In this document: positions 21,533 to 31,007 of the stretch, one piece after another
Layout of the letters: each line of letters opens with the position of its first letter
Position numbering within the stretch: position 1 is the first letter of the stretch
From: a bacterium
GTDB lineage: Bacteria; Hinthialibacterota; Hinthialibacteria; Hinthialibacterales; Hinthialibacteraceae
NCBI GenBank assembly: GCA_963663405.2
Contig: CAXXSM010000118.1
Coordinates: 64,001-128,000 of the forward strand
Length of the DNA stretch: 64,000 bases
Direction: 5' to 3'
Translations under genes and position numbers: made by a program
Notes under the pieces: model-generated
What the model was told of the DNA's origin: nothing
What the model saw: only the letters and a program-made list of their open reading frames with translations
The model's database searches: none

Positions 21533-22990
21533 TTAATGCGACATAGCATAGACCAGCGCGTTGATTCCCAGTTTTAAACTGTCTTCCTGTTTGAGACTGC
21601 ATCCGAATGGGTATTCAAGATCGGCCCATCCGTTTTCAATACCGTGTTTAAAATACAACACACCTAAATTTCCGCCTAGAACAATCCCATCCACAGGAGG
21701 GCGGGAAGGTTCGCGCCAGTCCATCACGTACGACACCTGTTCAACAGGAAAAGGAGCATGGAACAATGGAGCGGTGAGGGAAACTGGAGCGAGTGGCTCA
21801 TTGGGAAGAATCTGGGCGATCTCACGGCGGAACGAACGATCAAATTCTGTTCGCCCACAACAATTATTCGCCAACAGAAAACCACCGCCACGCAGATAGC
21901 GGGTGAGAGCGGTTCGCGCCGCGGTTGAAAAACTAAAATCGTAGTGTCCTGTGATATAAATCAGCGGGAACCGGCCGAGTTGATCCTCCGTGGGTTGAAC
22001 CGGCATGGAACGAATTCGTAAATCCGCGCCGGATTGCGCGGCGAATTCACTTAAAAGTTGCGAAACCGCATAAGGATTTGGATTCCAATCTCCATTATGG
22101 ATCAAGTGTCCCGCGATAATTTCACCTTCTTCGTTTGTCAAGCGTTTCTGCATTGCGTATTCTTCCGCATAACGGCGGCAGGCGAGTCCATAAACAATAA
22201 GATTCATTCCAATTTTCATCGCGTCATCCGGCATGAAACGCGTTCCATCCGGATGCGTATGATGATCCCAACCACAACTCAAGTCTGATTTTGAAAAAAC
22301 CAGCGCCGTGCGGCAACCGATATCCGTTCCAAAGAGAACTGGTTCTTCTGTATATTTATCGCCATCCTTCATCATCTCAACTTGTGTAATTTCATGATAG
22401 CACTGATAGATTGGATGGTCGTTAGGAAGCGGATGGATCGGTTTATCCGGAAAGATCAATGGATAGACACGCTCGAATGATTCAACAAAGGGTGGATGCC
22501 CACAACAAGCTTCTACGAGAAGCATCCCGCCATCCTCTAGATAGCGCCGCAGTAAAACCGGCCAATCCTCTCCAACTTGGAATGTGTTGTGGCCGGTCAT
22601 ATATAAAAAAGGAACGGTTCGAAGTTTTGAATCATTTAAAGTTACGGTTCTCGATCCATAATTAACTTTGATCCTGGGATTGACCCATCCCAGAAGCCCA
22701 TCCAAGTCACCAGGATCAGTCAGCCAGTCTTGCTCATCTCCATACGCGATTTTTCCCATAAGCGCGGAAGGACGGGGTGGACGTTTTTTTTCAGTTCTCC
22801 GCAGCGGAGTTGCGGGAAGAGGAAGGGGCGGATAGGTTTCGGCGCCTTTAATACGGCTTGGTTTTGGGGCGGGTGGTTTACCGCAAGGGCCTTTCTTTGC
22901 GTATTTGACTTTTTCCTCACCCAACGCAGGCATACCTCCGCTTGCGAGGGCGGCAATGAGGCCCAATATTTTTCGGCGATCAATTTTCAT
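21533..22990 (-). CDS. Protein with two tandem DUF4159 domains and a Tat-like leader
   Basis: Two repeats of P.LY.TGH...LRRYL..GG.LL...CCG...F. Leader MKIDRRKILG. Confidence 0.8.
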   Translation of the reverse strand: MKIDRRKILGLIAALASGGMPALGEEKVKYAKKGPCGKPPAPKPSRIKGAETYPPLPLPATPLRRTEKKRPPRPSALMGKIAYGDEQDWLTDPGDLDGLLGWVNPRIKVNYGSRTVTLNDSKLRTVPFLYMTGHNTFQVGEDWPVLLRRYLEDGGMLLVEACCGHPPFVESFERVYPLIFPDKPIHPLPNDHPIYQCYHEITQVEMMKDGDKYTEEPVLFGTDIGCRTALVFSKSDLSCGWDHHTHPDGTRFMPDDAMKIGMNLIVYGLACRRYAEEYAMQKRLTNEEGEIIAGHLIHNGDWNPNPYAVSQLLSEFAAQSGADLRIRSMPVQPTEDQLGRFPLIYITGHYDFSFSTAARTALTRYLRGGGFLLANNCCGRTEFDRSFRREIAQILPNEPLAPVSLTAPLFHAPFPVEQVSYVMDWREPSRPPVDGIVLGGNLGVLYFKHGIENGWADLEYPFGCSLKQEDSLKLGINALVYAMSH

Positions 22991-23586
22991 TGTTCCGTCT
23001 CCCTTAACTCTTCAGCGATAGGAACTGGCGTGACTGAGGTATAACTCAAGGAACGGTATGACTCTTCTAAAATCAATTTGGCTCGTTTCCGATCCCCCAA
23101 TTCAAGATAGATTTCCGCCATCGCTAGATAGGCCCCAGCGGTAATACCAACATAACGATTTCCCTTCACAGCAATCGCGTTCCGGTATTCTTTCAGAGCC
23201 AGGCGAGGTTTTCCCATGGCGATTTCAAAGATAGAGGCGCGTGTGCAGAATGCGCGCATAATCGCTTTGGGATCAGGGCTTTGGGTAATGATCGCATCCA
23301 ATTTCTTCAGCGCGTTTTCGTAGTCTTCTTTTTCGACATAAACCCGGACCAATTGAAATCGTATATCGTCCTTCGCGTTTAGGGTTCCCCAATTGGCGCC
23401 CATAATGACACCTGCGATATGCTTTTTCTTGGCGGTTTGTTGATCGTGTTCATACTGTTCCCGGACTTGATTCAGTAGCGCTTCAGTATGTTTCTCTGGT
23501 TTCTTCTCTTCCTCCTGGGACGTCCCTGAAAACAAAAAAACGATATAAGTCAATATGATTATGAAAATACTTCGCAGATGGATCAT
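22987..23586 (-). CDS. Exported tetratricopeptide-repeat protein
   Basis: N-terminal hydrophobic leader and TPR-like helices (AYLAMAEIYLELGDRKRA). Translationally coupled to its neighbours. Confidence 0.7.
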   Translation of the reverse strand: MIHLRSIFIIILTYIVFLFSGTSQEEEKKPEKHTEALLNQVREQYEHDQQTAKKKHIAGVIMGANWGTLNAKDDIRFQLVRVYVEKEDYENALKKLDAIITQSPDPKAIMRAFCTRASIFEIAMGKPRLALKEYRNAIAVKGNRYVGITAGAYLAMAEIYLELGDRKRAKLILEESYRSLSYTSVTPVPIAEELRETEQ

Positions 23587-24263
23587 CTTCCACTTTCCAG
23601 TCTTTTGATTTCCTGAAGGGCTTTGTTCTTGATGCCTGAATCTTTCACGCTATCAGCCAAGGTCCGGCAGGCTTGGAGAGCCTTCTCTCTTTCTCTGTAT
23701 TTGCTGAAAATCTTGATTTTGTGCCAGAGGATTCTCTCAAGATCGTGCTCACGTTCCCAGCGGCTTTTCTTATTGCTGGAAATACGTTGAAAGCGATCGA
23801 GATTCAGAAGGGCGTTATTTTTAAATTCTTCCTGCAGGCCTTGTTGACCGTAAAGGTCGATCAATCCTGTATAGGCCAGTGGTTGAAACACGCCCTGCAC
23901 ACGTTCGAACGCCTGAATCGCTCCAATCGGATTGTCGAATTCCATGCGTTCAATATCGCCGATTATAAAATAGGCGGTCCAGCGGGATTGTTCATCAGGG
24001 CTTTTTGTGGCGGCGGTCCGCAAGACTGAAAGAGCCTTTTGAAATTCCTTGTCTTCCAAATAAAGTGTGGTGAGTTTGAAGATATTCGTATCCACAACAT
24101 TTTGATAACGTACTTTCCGTTGATTGAGATATTGAATTCGCTTGGCGCGATGGTCTTTCTGCTGTGGAGTTTCCCTCTCTTCAGCCGCCGCGCTTAGGAA
24201 GACAGCGAGGAGAAGCACAAACGTCATGACAATGCGGGTAGACGGAATGAATCGTTTAATCAT
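23583..24263 (-). CDS. Exported TPR-like protein
   Basis: Signal peptide ending SAAA and helical repeats (AYFIIGDI, ALQACRTL). Translationally coupled. Confidence 0.65.
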   Translation of the reverse strand: MIKRFIPSTRIVMTFVLLLAVFLSAAAEERETPQQKDHRAKRIQYLNQRKVRYQNVVDTNIFKLTTLYLEDKEFQKALSVLRTAATKSPDEQSRWTAYFIIGDIERMEFDNPIGAIQAFERVQGVFQPLAYTGLIDLYGQQGLQEEFKNNALLNLDRFQRISSNKKSRWEREHDLERILWHKIKIFSKYREREKALQACRTLADSVKDSGIKNKALQEIKRLESGR

Positions 24264-25306
24264 TTGCCTTTCTTCCCTTGGTTTAAATCCTGGATTCGTT
24301 CGGCGATCCGTTTGGCCAATCCTTCACTCGCTTTTTGTTCCCGTTCAAAACGTTTCTTAAGATCGTCCATCACATTCAGGTATGAATATTGTTCGTCGGC
24401 GCTGATGAGAAACGCCGCCGCTTCATTGTATAGTTCTTCCCGGATATAGATTTCAGCGATCGCGACATCAAACCGACTGTGGAGTGGCCCAATTGGAGAA
24501 AAGGTTTTTTCCCGCTGGAGTTCAAGAAGCGCCGCATGGGAATCTGGATTGTTGAGACACACATCGATTACGCGGCTGAATCGCTCCGGTAAAGACTCAG
24601 GTCTGGTGATACGGCGCAGGGATGCGATGGCCTCTGTGAACCGGTCTGATTCCAAGTGAACGCGGGCCATTTCGAAAATCGCTTGTTCACGTTCTTCCAC
24701 GCTTCCATTCACTAAAGCCGCTTGTTCATAGGCGGAAGCGGCTTGTCGTGAATTATTCTTGTTATTTATATCTTTTGGAAAAAGGGATGCGGCGAGAAGA
24801 TGAATTTTCTGCGCGTTTGGATTGCCTGAACGGGCAGCCCAATCCCCAACATAGGAGAGAAAAACGGCGCACGATCCCCGGATCAATTCGTCTTTAATAT
24901 CATTGATTTCCTTAGAATGGTTCAACCAATGTTCTACTGCGCTATTTTTCTGCTCTTCTGTCAATCGGAGAAATTGACGCTGGGCCTGCATTGGATTTCT
25001 TTGCACTCGGAGAAGGAAATCAAAGAGAATCAGATTGGCTTCTAAAGAAGCCGGTGAATCGCGGTCACTGGAAGCGAGACGATCCAATAAATTTATGGAC
25101 GCATTGAAATTGCCCTGCTGGAGTGCGCGGATAATCTTCCCAGCCAGATCCTGTTGATTGGGGGAACATTCTTTATTCGCCTGAATTTTTTCGAGACGTT
25201 TTTCGTAAGGAGATGAATTGAATCTCTTCGCTTTCTCGCCACCCAGAGCTGGAAAGCAGCAAAAAACGACAAAAAGAAGAACCGCCGTTACACCCCTTAT
25301 CATCAT
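24260..25306 (-). CDS. Exported TPR-like helical protein
   Basis: Signal-like N-terminus (M(M)IRGVTAVLLFVVFCCFPALG) and TPR-like segments (AIFEMARVHL, VAIAEIYIREELYNEAA). The start is uncertain. Confidence 0.6.
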   Translation of the reverse strand: MMIRGVTAVLLFVVFCCFPALGGEKAKRFNSSPYEKRLEKIQANKECSPNQQDLAGKIIRALQQGNFNASINLLDRLASSDRDSPASLEANLILFDFLLRVQRNPMQAQRQFLRLTEEQKNSAVEHWLNHSKEINDIKDELIRGSCAVFLSYVGDWAARSGNPNAQKIHLLAASLFPKDINNKNNSRQAASAYEQAALVNGSVEEREQAIFEMARVHLESDRFTEAIASLRRITRPESLPERFSRVIDVCLNNPDSHAALLELQREKTFSPIGPLHSRFDVAIAEIYIREELYNEAAAFLISADEQYSYLNVMDDLKKRFEREQKASEGLAKRIAERIQDLNQGKKGK

Positions 25307-25532
25307 GAACTCAAATCCCAATATCAAAAAAATCCTATTCAAAAAAGGATACAAATCAGTGATTCAATGCAATCTTATATTTTTCCTATTCCATTACTAT
25401 ATAGTATAGAAAGCGCCATTCAGCAATTTTTTCTACCCCAAAATCGAAATATATTTATAACGCGCGAGAAAATCTCACGCAAAATATGAAACGTCTCCCT
25501 TCTAACTAATTTTTTAGAATACCTGGATTCGA

Positions 25533-25560
25533 TTGACATTTTCATTCGCCGATATATGAT
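25533..25560 (+). promoter_or_regulatory. Putative sigma70 promoter
   Basis: TTGACA-N16-TATGAT about 60 bp upstream of the membrane-protein gene. Confidence 0.45.
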
Positions 25561-25621
25561 CTAATCAAAAATTAATCAAATTTTAAACGTTCACTTACAT
25601 TATTATTTTTTGGTGAGTTTA

Positions 25622-26443
25622 ATGAGCCAGGATACTCTATTTAAATGTCTGGGATATACGCCGCTTCTTCTATGCGTGATCGGTGTTTCCTTTATTTTTG
25701 ATTGGGATTATTATGTACACTCCATTGTTTGTGAAGACGGTCCAATAGAGAATGCGACGGTCATTTTTTCTTTGATGGCCTGTTTATGTTTTTATGTTTT
25801 AGCTTGGACGCGGTATCGGCAAGAAGGATTTTCGTTACCCGTCATTCTATTGGGGATTCTCGGCGCTGGCATGTTTTTTTTCGCAGGAGAAGAGATTAGT
25901 TGGGGACAGCGTATATTTGGGATTGAAACAGAAAAAGTATCCCATTGGCTGGCCGAAAAGAACCGCCAAAACGAGTTGAACCTTCATAATATCTCTGGAT
26001 TTTCCAAAGTCCGTTTATTGGCGGATATATATTGTGTTTTTTGGGGAATTTGTATACCTTGGTACTACCAAAACCGTACATTCCCCATTTCGTGGCTGCG
26101 TCCATTTCTCAGTCCGGCTTGGTTAATCCCAGGATATTTAGCGGTTATGCTGATTTCCTGGCCGAAAAAAATCTGTGAGATATTCTTTGCGGAAGATAAA
26201 AATTTCAACCTTGTCGGTATGGGAGAATTAAAGGAAGCCGGGCTAGGCTTGGCGTTGTTGCTCTATGCAATCCATATTGGAATGTATTACAGGTCGCAGT
26301 ACATTCATAACGCTACTACAACCGAAACCGAAGAGACAAAGCACCGGCGTCATCATCCTATATTCCTGCCCAAAATTCTCCGGCCGTTCTCATTCCTCTC
26401 TGACCGTCTATCAAAAGGACTCAATTCCCATCACCGGCGTTGA
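25622..26443 (+). CDS. Integral membrane protein (EDG..E / GEEISWGQR / QNELNLHN family)
   Basis: About 6 hydrophobic segments with conserved EDGPIE, EEISWGQRIFG and NRQNELNLHN motifs. Confidence 0.75.
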   Translation: MSQDTLFKCLGYTPLLLCVIGVSFIFDWDYYVHSIVCEDGPIENATVIFSLMACLCFYVLAWTRYRQEGFSLPVILLGILGAGMFFFAGEEISWGQRIFGIETEKVSHWLAEKNRQNELNLHNISGFSKVRLLADIYCVFWGICIPWYYQNRTFPISWLRPFLSPAWLIPGYLAVMLISWPKKICEIFFAEDKNFNLVGMGELKEAGLGLALLLYAIHIGMYYRSQYIHNATTTETEETKHRRHHPIFLPKILRPFSFLSDRLSKGLNSHHRR

Positions 26444-26591
26444 TTGGACAATTACTGCCCTTAATAAAAGACGTAATATATATCACGTTTTCACAATCAA
26501 CTAATCATAATAACAATTAAAAAAACGATCTGGTTTTAACAGCTGAACACTGGGAATCCGCACACTTTTACTAAATCAGCGCTTGTTACTC

Positions 26592-27233
26592 TCATTCCAC
26601 CATCCCACCGGGGCCGAACACAGCAACATCGCCGATGCTGATTAAGCCATTACTGGGATCATAACGCAATGTATAATCATCTCCGTTACCCCCGCCGGCC
26701 AAGCTGTTTTGACCGGTGTTCGGGCCAAAGGATTTGATTAACCAGACAGTCGGACAATCCGATGTATTGGCCATGGATTCGGCCTGGCTGCGCATGGCAA
26801 AGGGAGGAAAATAAGCATAATAGTCTGCGCAATGAGCGGTTCGAAGGCTTGCTGATCCACCCCAATTTGAATCCGTGAGACCATAGACATAGCGATACCA
26901 TGTAAACTGAGCGCCCTCTTCGCCATTCGCCTGCGCCTCTTCGTAATAGGGTGAAAACACATCTGAAGGAACGCTTGCGATATAGTTGACCGGGCTGGTT
27001 AAAGGATGAAGACGAAAAGGATATGTATATAAATTGTTATCCAATTGGTACATCTCTTCCGCCATCGATAAGGCTTTTAAATCGGATTTACAGCGAGAGA
27101 TCTTTGCTCTCGTTTGTGCGTTAAGAAAGTTTGGCACCGCAATGGCAGCCAAAATTCCGATAATTGCGACAACGATAAGGAGTTCGATCAGGGTAAATGC
27201 TTTTCTCAGTTTTTGTGTCTTCATGTAATTCAC
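26592..27233 (-). CDS. Prepilin-type (type IV pilin / GspG-like) N-terminal cleavage protein
   Basis: Class III signal KAFTLIELLIVVAIIGILAAIAVPNFL and C-terminal YDPSNGLISIGD. Confidence 0.88.
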   Translation of the reverse strand: MNYMKTQKLRKAFTLIELLIVVAIIGILAAIAVPNFLNAQTRAKISRCKSDLKALSMAEEMYQLDNNLYTYPFRLHPLTSPVNYIASVPSDVFSPYYEEAQANGEEGAQFTWYRYVYGLTDSNWGGSASLRTAHCADYYAYFPPFAMRSQAESMANTSDCPTVWLIKSFGPNTGQNSLAGGGNGDDYTLRYDPSNGLISIGDVAVFGPGGMVE

Positions 27234-27337
27234 CTTTATATTGATTGTTTTGCATTCAACTTAGCGCATTAAGAATATCTCATACTCTTTATAATATTAT
27301 ATCAAGTCCTAACAAATATTTAATTGAAGATACTTAT

Positions 27338-27766
27338 TTATTCAGATATATTTGACCAAGGATTGATGATCATCACTCCTGTGTGTTCAAAATCAGAAAG
27401 ATTGCGGGTCATCAGAAATAATCCATGCTGGATAGCTGTCGCGGCAATTAGCCCATCCGATATGGGAATGTTGAATCCCTTTTTTTGTGCGTTGGCTGTT
27501 ATTGATCCCCAAATATGAACCGTTTCTAGATCAATCGAAAGAATCGATTCAGAATAATCACGTTCAATTTCATAAATCCAACGCTGTAAATCGCTTTTTC
27601 GCTTCCCATCTGGAAGAAGTTCAATTTCTTTGATCATCTCTCCAACCGTAATCACACTGAGATAAAGATTTGGGCTGGGAATGGAATCGACGACGTGTTT
27701 TACAGAGCGGTTTCCTTTAGGTTTGTGAATTTCAGAGAGAACGCAAGCGTCAAGCAATACTCTCAT
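27338..27766 (-). CDS. vapC: VapC PIN-domain toxin
   Basis: MRVLLDACVLSE, LSVITVGE, DGLIAATA and TRNLSDF motifs. The start overlaps the antitoxin stop (ATGA). Confidence 0.92.
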   Translation of the reverse strand: MRVLLDACVLSEIHKPKGNRSVKHVVDSIPSPNLYLSVITVGEMIKEIELLPDGKRKSDLQRWIYEIERDYSESILSIDLETVHIWGSITANAQKKGFNIPISDGLIAATAIQHGLFLMTRNLSDFEHTGVMIINPWSNISE

Positions 27767-28002
27767 AGTTCGATATCTCTCATAATCGAACGATCCCGTG
27801 AGAAATCGACTTTTTCTAAGCTCGGACATTGCATGAGGTGTTCTTTAAAACTTCTCTTATTACCAATGAGTCGATTATACTCCCTCTCATCAACAATAAT
27901 GACACAGTCCTGCCGCCGAGTAATCTTTTGCGGTCCATCCCGCAAAGCCTTATTGATAACCTCACTTAATTTGTTTTTGGCTTCCGCTAATTTCCATTCC
28001 AT
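27763..28002 (-). CDS. Phd/YefM family antitoxin
   Basis: MEWKLAEAKNKLSEVINKALRDGPQKITRR. Confidence 0.92.
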   Translation of the reverse strand: MEWKLAEAKNKLSEVINKALRDGPQKITRRQDCVIIVDEREYNRLIGNKRSFKEHLMQCPSLEKVDFSRDRSIMRDIEL

Positions 28003-28016
28003 TTTTTACCTCCCAT

Positions 28017-28039
28017 TTAATCTAGATTGTCTAGATTAA
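28017..28039. promoter_or_regulatory. Palindromic operator of the toxin-antitoxin operon
   Basis: TTAATCTAGA-ttg-TCTAGATTAA immediately upstream of the antitoxin RBS. Confidence 0.7.
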
Positions 28040-28105
28040 TTATAGGGCAATTAACAAAGTCATCAAATATTTTCAAAATCTTTCTATTCCCAAATCAGGT
28101 TCAAA

Positions 28106-29893
28106 TCAATACCCAATCGCACAGCCATCTTTCCGGGGATCGGATCCGGCGAAGTAGCGGAGTGGTTCATCTTCACGCCAGATTGCTTGATAACCTCCAT
28201 ACATACCGGTTCCGGTTTCCTGGATCGTGTGGCCCATCGCTTCCAAACGCTGGGTGGTTTCGGGTGTGATTCCCGCTTCCAAACCGATCGATCCACCGTT
28301 CTTTATCGCGCCTCCCCAAGGATTGGAACTGCCGAAGTGTTGTGCGCGCGGTTGTTCTCCCGCCTGTTGGATCGAGAGTTTGAAATCGATCCAGTTCATA
28401 AGTACCTGCGCGTGTCCCTGCGGCTGCATATCGCCTCCCATGACGCCAAACGCGCATTTCGGGCGTCCATTGCGGGTTAAAAATCCGGGAATGATCGTAT
28501 GGAATGGCCGTTTGTGCGGTTCGAGTGTGTTCATCCGCGCTGGATCGAGGCTGAAACTGCGTCCACGGTTCTGGAGGCAGAAACCAAGACCGGTGGGAAC
28601 CTCGCGCGATCCCCAGCCCCAATAGATGCTTTGGATCAGCGAGACCATGTTCCCTTCCCCATCCGCCGCGCAGAGATAGATCGTATCTTTTGAACCATCC
28701 AAGGAGCCGGGTCGGACATCGACCGTGGCCCGTTTGGGATTAATCAGTTTGGCGCGCTCTCTTCCATATTCTTTCGATATTAGTTCCTTGAGCGGCACAT
28801 CAGCGAAGTCCATATCCGCGTAATAGACGGCGCGGTCTTCAAACGCCAGTTTTTTCGCTTCTATAAATAGATGAAGGTGTTCGGCGGAATTGGGCTGGAG
28901 AGAGCCGATATCAAACGTCTCAAGCATGTTCATGATCTGAAGCGCCGCGATTCCCTGCCCGTTTGGTGGAATCTCCCAGACGTCATATCCCCTGTAGCTG
29001 GCGGTGACCGGTTCAACCCACGTGGCTTCATGATCTTCGAAATCTTTCATCGAAAAGAAACCACCACGTTCTTTGGAATATTGAACAATCCGTTCGGCAA
29101 TCTCTCCTTGATAGAACGCGTCCGCGCCGTCACGCATGAGGATTTCAAAAAAGTGTCCGATATCAGGATTCCTTACTACCTGCCCGTATTGAGGAACGCT
29201 TCCATCAACTAAATACGTTTTGGCGGCGTTGGGGTATTCTTTGAAACTGTCTGCGGCGCCGGAGAAATACCCGGCGATGATTTCTGTGAGCGCGTATCCC
29301 TCCAGCGCGTAATATGCCGCTGGTTCAAGAATTTCGCTGAATGATAGGTTCCCGAACCGGCTTCGAAGCGCCTCCCAGCCGCTCACGCAGCCTGGAACTG
29401 ACCAGGTATGCGGTCCCAATTCGGGCAGTTGTTCGGTATACCCAAGTGAGTTGGCTTTTTCGCGGTTCCATGCGTAGGGAGAGCGCCCGCTCGCGTTCAA
29501 GCCGTACAGTTTCTGATCTTTCTCAATCCAGACAATCGCGAAGAGATCTCCTCCCGGGCCGCAGCTCATTGGTTCGACAACGCTCATCACTGCGCTCATC
29601 CCCACCGCGGCGTCGACGGCGTTCCCCCCAGATTTCAGAATATCCACTCCTACCCCACTGGCGACTGACTGACTCGTCGCGGCCACGCCATTACGACAAA
29701 CAACCGTCGATCGCGCTGAATTCCGTCCCCGTAATTTCCGCTTATCGATGAAACCAGGCTCTCCCACCCCTCTCCAAGCGTTCCGTTTAAATGAAGTCAT
29801 TTGCGCCCCCTTTGAGACTCTTCCCGTCGATACGCAGCCCTGTGAAAGAGCGCCTAAGCCAATCCCACCGGCGATGAATTGTCTTCGTTTCAT
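28106..29893 (-). CDS. ggt: Gamma-glutamyltransferase with Tat leader and possible lipobox
   Basis: GGNAVDAA, VEPMSCGPGGDLF, nucleophile segment DTIYLCAAD..GNMVS, KRPFHTIIP, GVMGGDMQPQG and DPRKDG motifs. MKRRQFI...LSQGC leader. Confidence 0.93.
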   Translation of the reverse strand: MKRRQFIAGGIGLGALSQGCVSTGRVSKGAQMTSFKRNAWRGVGEPGFIDKRKLRGRNSARSTVVCRNGVAATSQSVASGVGVDILKSGGNAVDAAVGMSAVMSVVEPMSCGPGGDLFAIVWIEKDQKLYGLNASGRSPYAWNREKANSLGYTEQLPELGPHTWSVPGCVSGWEALRSRFGNLSFSEILEPAAYYALEGYALTEIIAGYFSGAADSFKEYPNAAKTYLVDGSVPQYGQVVRNPDIGHFFEILMRDGADAFYQGEIAERIVQYSKERGGFFSMKDFEDHEATWVEPVTASYRGYDVWEIPPNGQGIAALQIMNMLETFDIGSLQPNSAEHLHLFIEAKKLAFEDRAVYYADMDFADVPLKELISKEYGRERAKLINPKRATVDVRPGSLDGSKDTIYLCAADGEGNMVSLIQSIYWGWGSREVPTGLGFCLQNRGRSFSLDPARMNTLEPHKRPFHTIIPGFLTRNGRPKCAFGVMGGDMQPQGHAQVLMNWIDFKLSIQQAGEQPRAQHFGSSNPWGGAIKNGGSIGLEAGITPETTQRLEAMGHTIQETGTGMYGGYQAIWREDEPLRYFAGSDPRKDGCAIGY

Positions 29894-30139
29894 GATTCTT
29901 TCTCCTTATAACTCATTAAAACATCATAGTAAACGCGCCATGTCTCATGTCTATAGATCCAATTTTCTTGCTTGAACATTTACAATATCATCCCTAAAAT
30001 ACGGATTGCAACTAGGTTTGCATAGACTCGAAAGTAATACAAGGCGAATTTAAAAGTATCCTTTTGCCATCATGGCTTCAGTAATGAAAAAAAGGAAAGA
30101 CAAAGTATGTGCTAGATGAAGCTCCGGCCGGAGATGAAG

Positions 30140-30340
30140 ATGATGGATGATCCAATTGTTGCTGAAATTAGAAAAAATAGAAGAGATATTCTCGAATCCT
30201 ACGATTGGGATTTTGAGAAGATGTCTCGTGATATCATGAAGAGGCAGTGGGAAAGTGGACGCAAAGTCATTCGCCCCAAGAAAAAACAACTCAAACAAGG
30301 TGAAGCGCCTAACGCTTATCCACTACGCAAGCCGTCGTAG
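30140..30340 (+). CDS. Small hypothetical protein (DPIV.EIR type, antitoxin-like)
   Basis: MDDPIVAEIRKNRRDIL. Proteins of this kind are usually found beside PIN genes, but none is intact here. Confidence 0.55.
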   Translation: MMDDPIVAEIRKNRRDILESYDWDFEKMSRDIMKRQWESGRKVIRPKKKQLKQGEAPNAYPLRKPS

Positions 30341-30383
30341 TTGAGTAATTATCATCGAAAACTTAAGGGCGAGAAGACTCACC

Positions 30384-30917
30384 ATGACCAAGAGCGCAGC
30401 AGACATAGCTACATTAATCGATTCGCTACAAGCAACATTCGCCGCCACGTCAATAATGCTGGTAACTATCAACGATAATGATTTTTTGAATCTTTTTACG
30501 TCGAAGGGCTATGACCATGGATCATCAATTCGACTTGGACTGAAGGACGATACATACTATGAAGGAATTGATCTCTGGAAATCAGTATATTCCATAAAGA
30601 ATAATCCAGAATTCAATCTGAATTACCTTCGTACTCAATTGGGAACAATGATATCATGGATCGGGCACGAACTAAAAGAGTCAAACTATTTCGATAAAGC
30701 ACCTCTATTGGAATTCTTTCGTCATGTTCGCAATGGAATCAGCCACGGTAATGCATTTAATCTAAGTAACCAAGAACCGAGGCGACTAGCTGAGTTTCGC
30801 AAATTCAGAATCACAAGATTACTTAACGGCCAATGTGTACTATTTGAGTATATGAAACCCGGTGATGTAATGTATTTATTAGACGATGTAAAAGCTTATT
30901 TACGAACACTGCCGTGA
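30384..30917 (+). CDS. Hypothetical protein with a HEPN-like motif
   Basis: FFRHVRNGISHG (RNxxxH). AT-rich, cassette-like context. Confidence 0.6.
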   Translation: MTKSAADIATLIDSLQATFAATSIMLVTINDNDFLNLFTSKGYDHGSSIRLGLKDDTYYEGIDLWKSVYSIKNNPEFNLNYLRTQLGTMISWIGHELKESNYFDKAPLLEFFRHVRNGISHGNAFNLSNQEPRRLAEFRKFRITRLLNGQCVLFEYMKPGDVMYLLDDVKAYLRTLP

Positions 30918-30956
30918 AAGTATAATCAGTACACTTCAACGGATTTCTAAACACAA

Positions 30957-30982
30957 CAGGGCGCGAATCGCTCCGCGCCCTG
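30957..30982. terminator. GC-rich hairpin between convergent genes (terminator or REP)
   Basis: CAGGGCGCG-N8-CGCGCCCTG. Confidence 0.55.
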
Positions 30983-31007
30983 CATAGAATCAACGTAAGT
31001 ATTTCAA

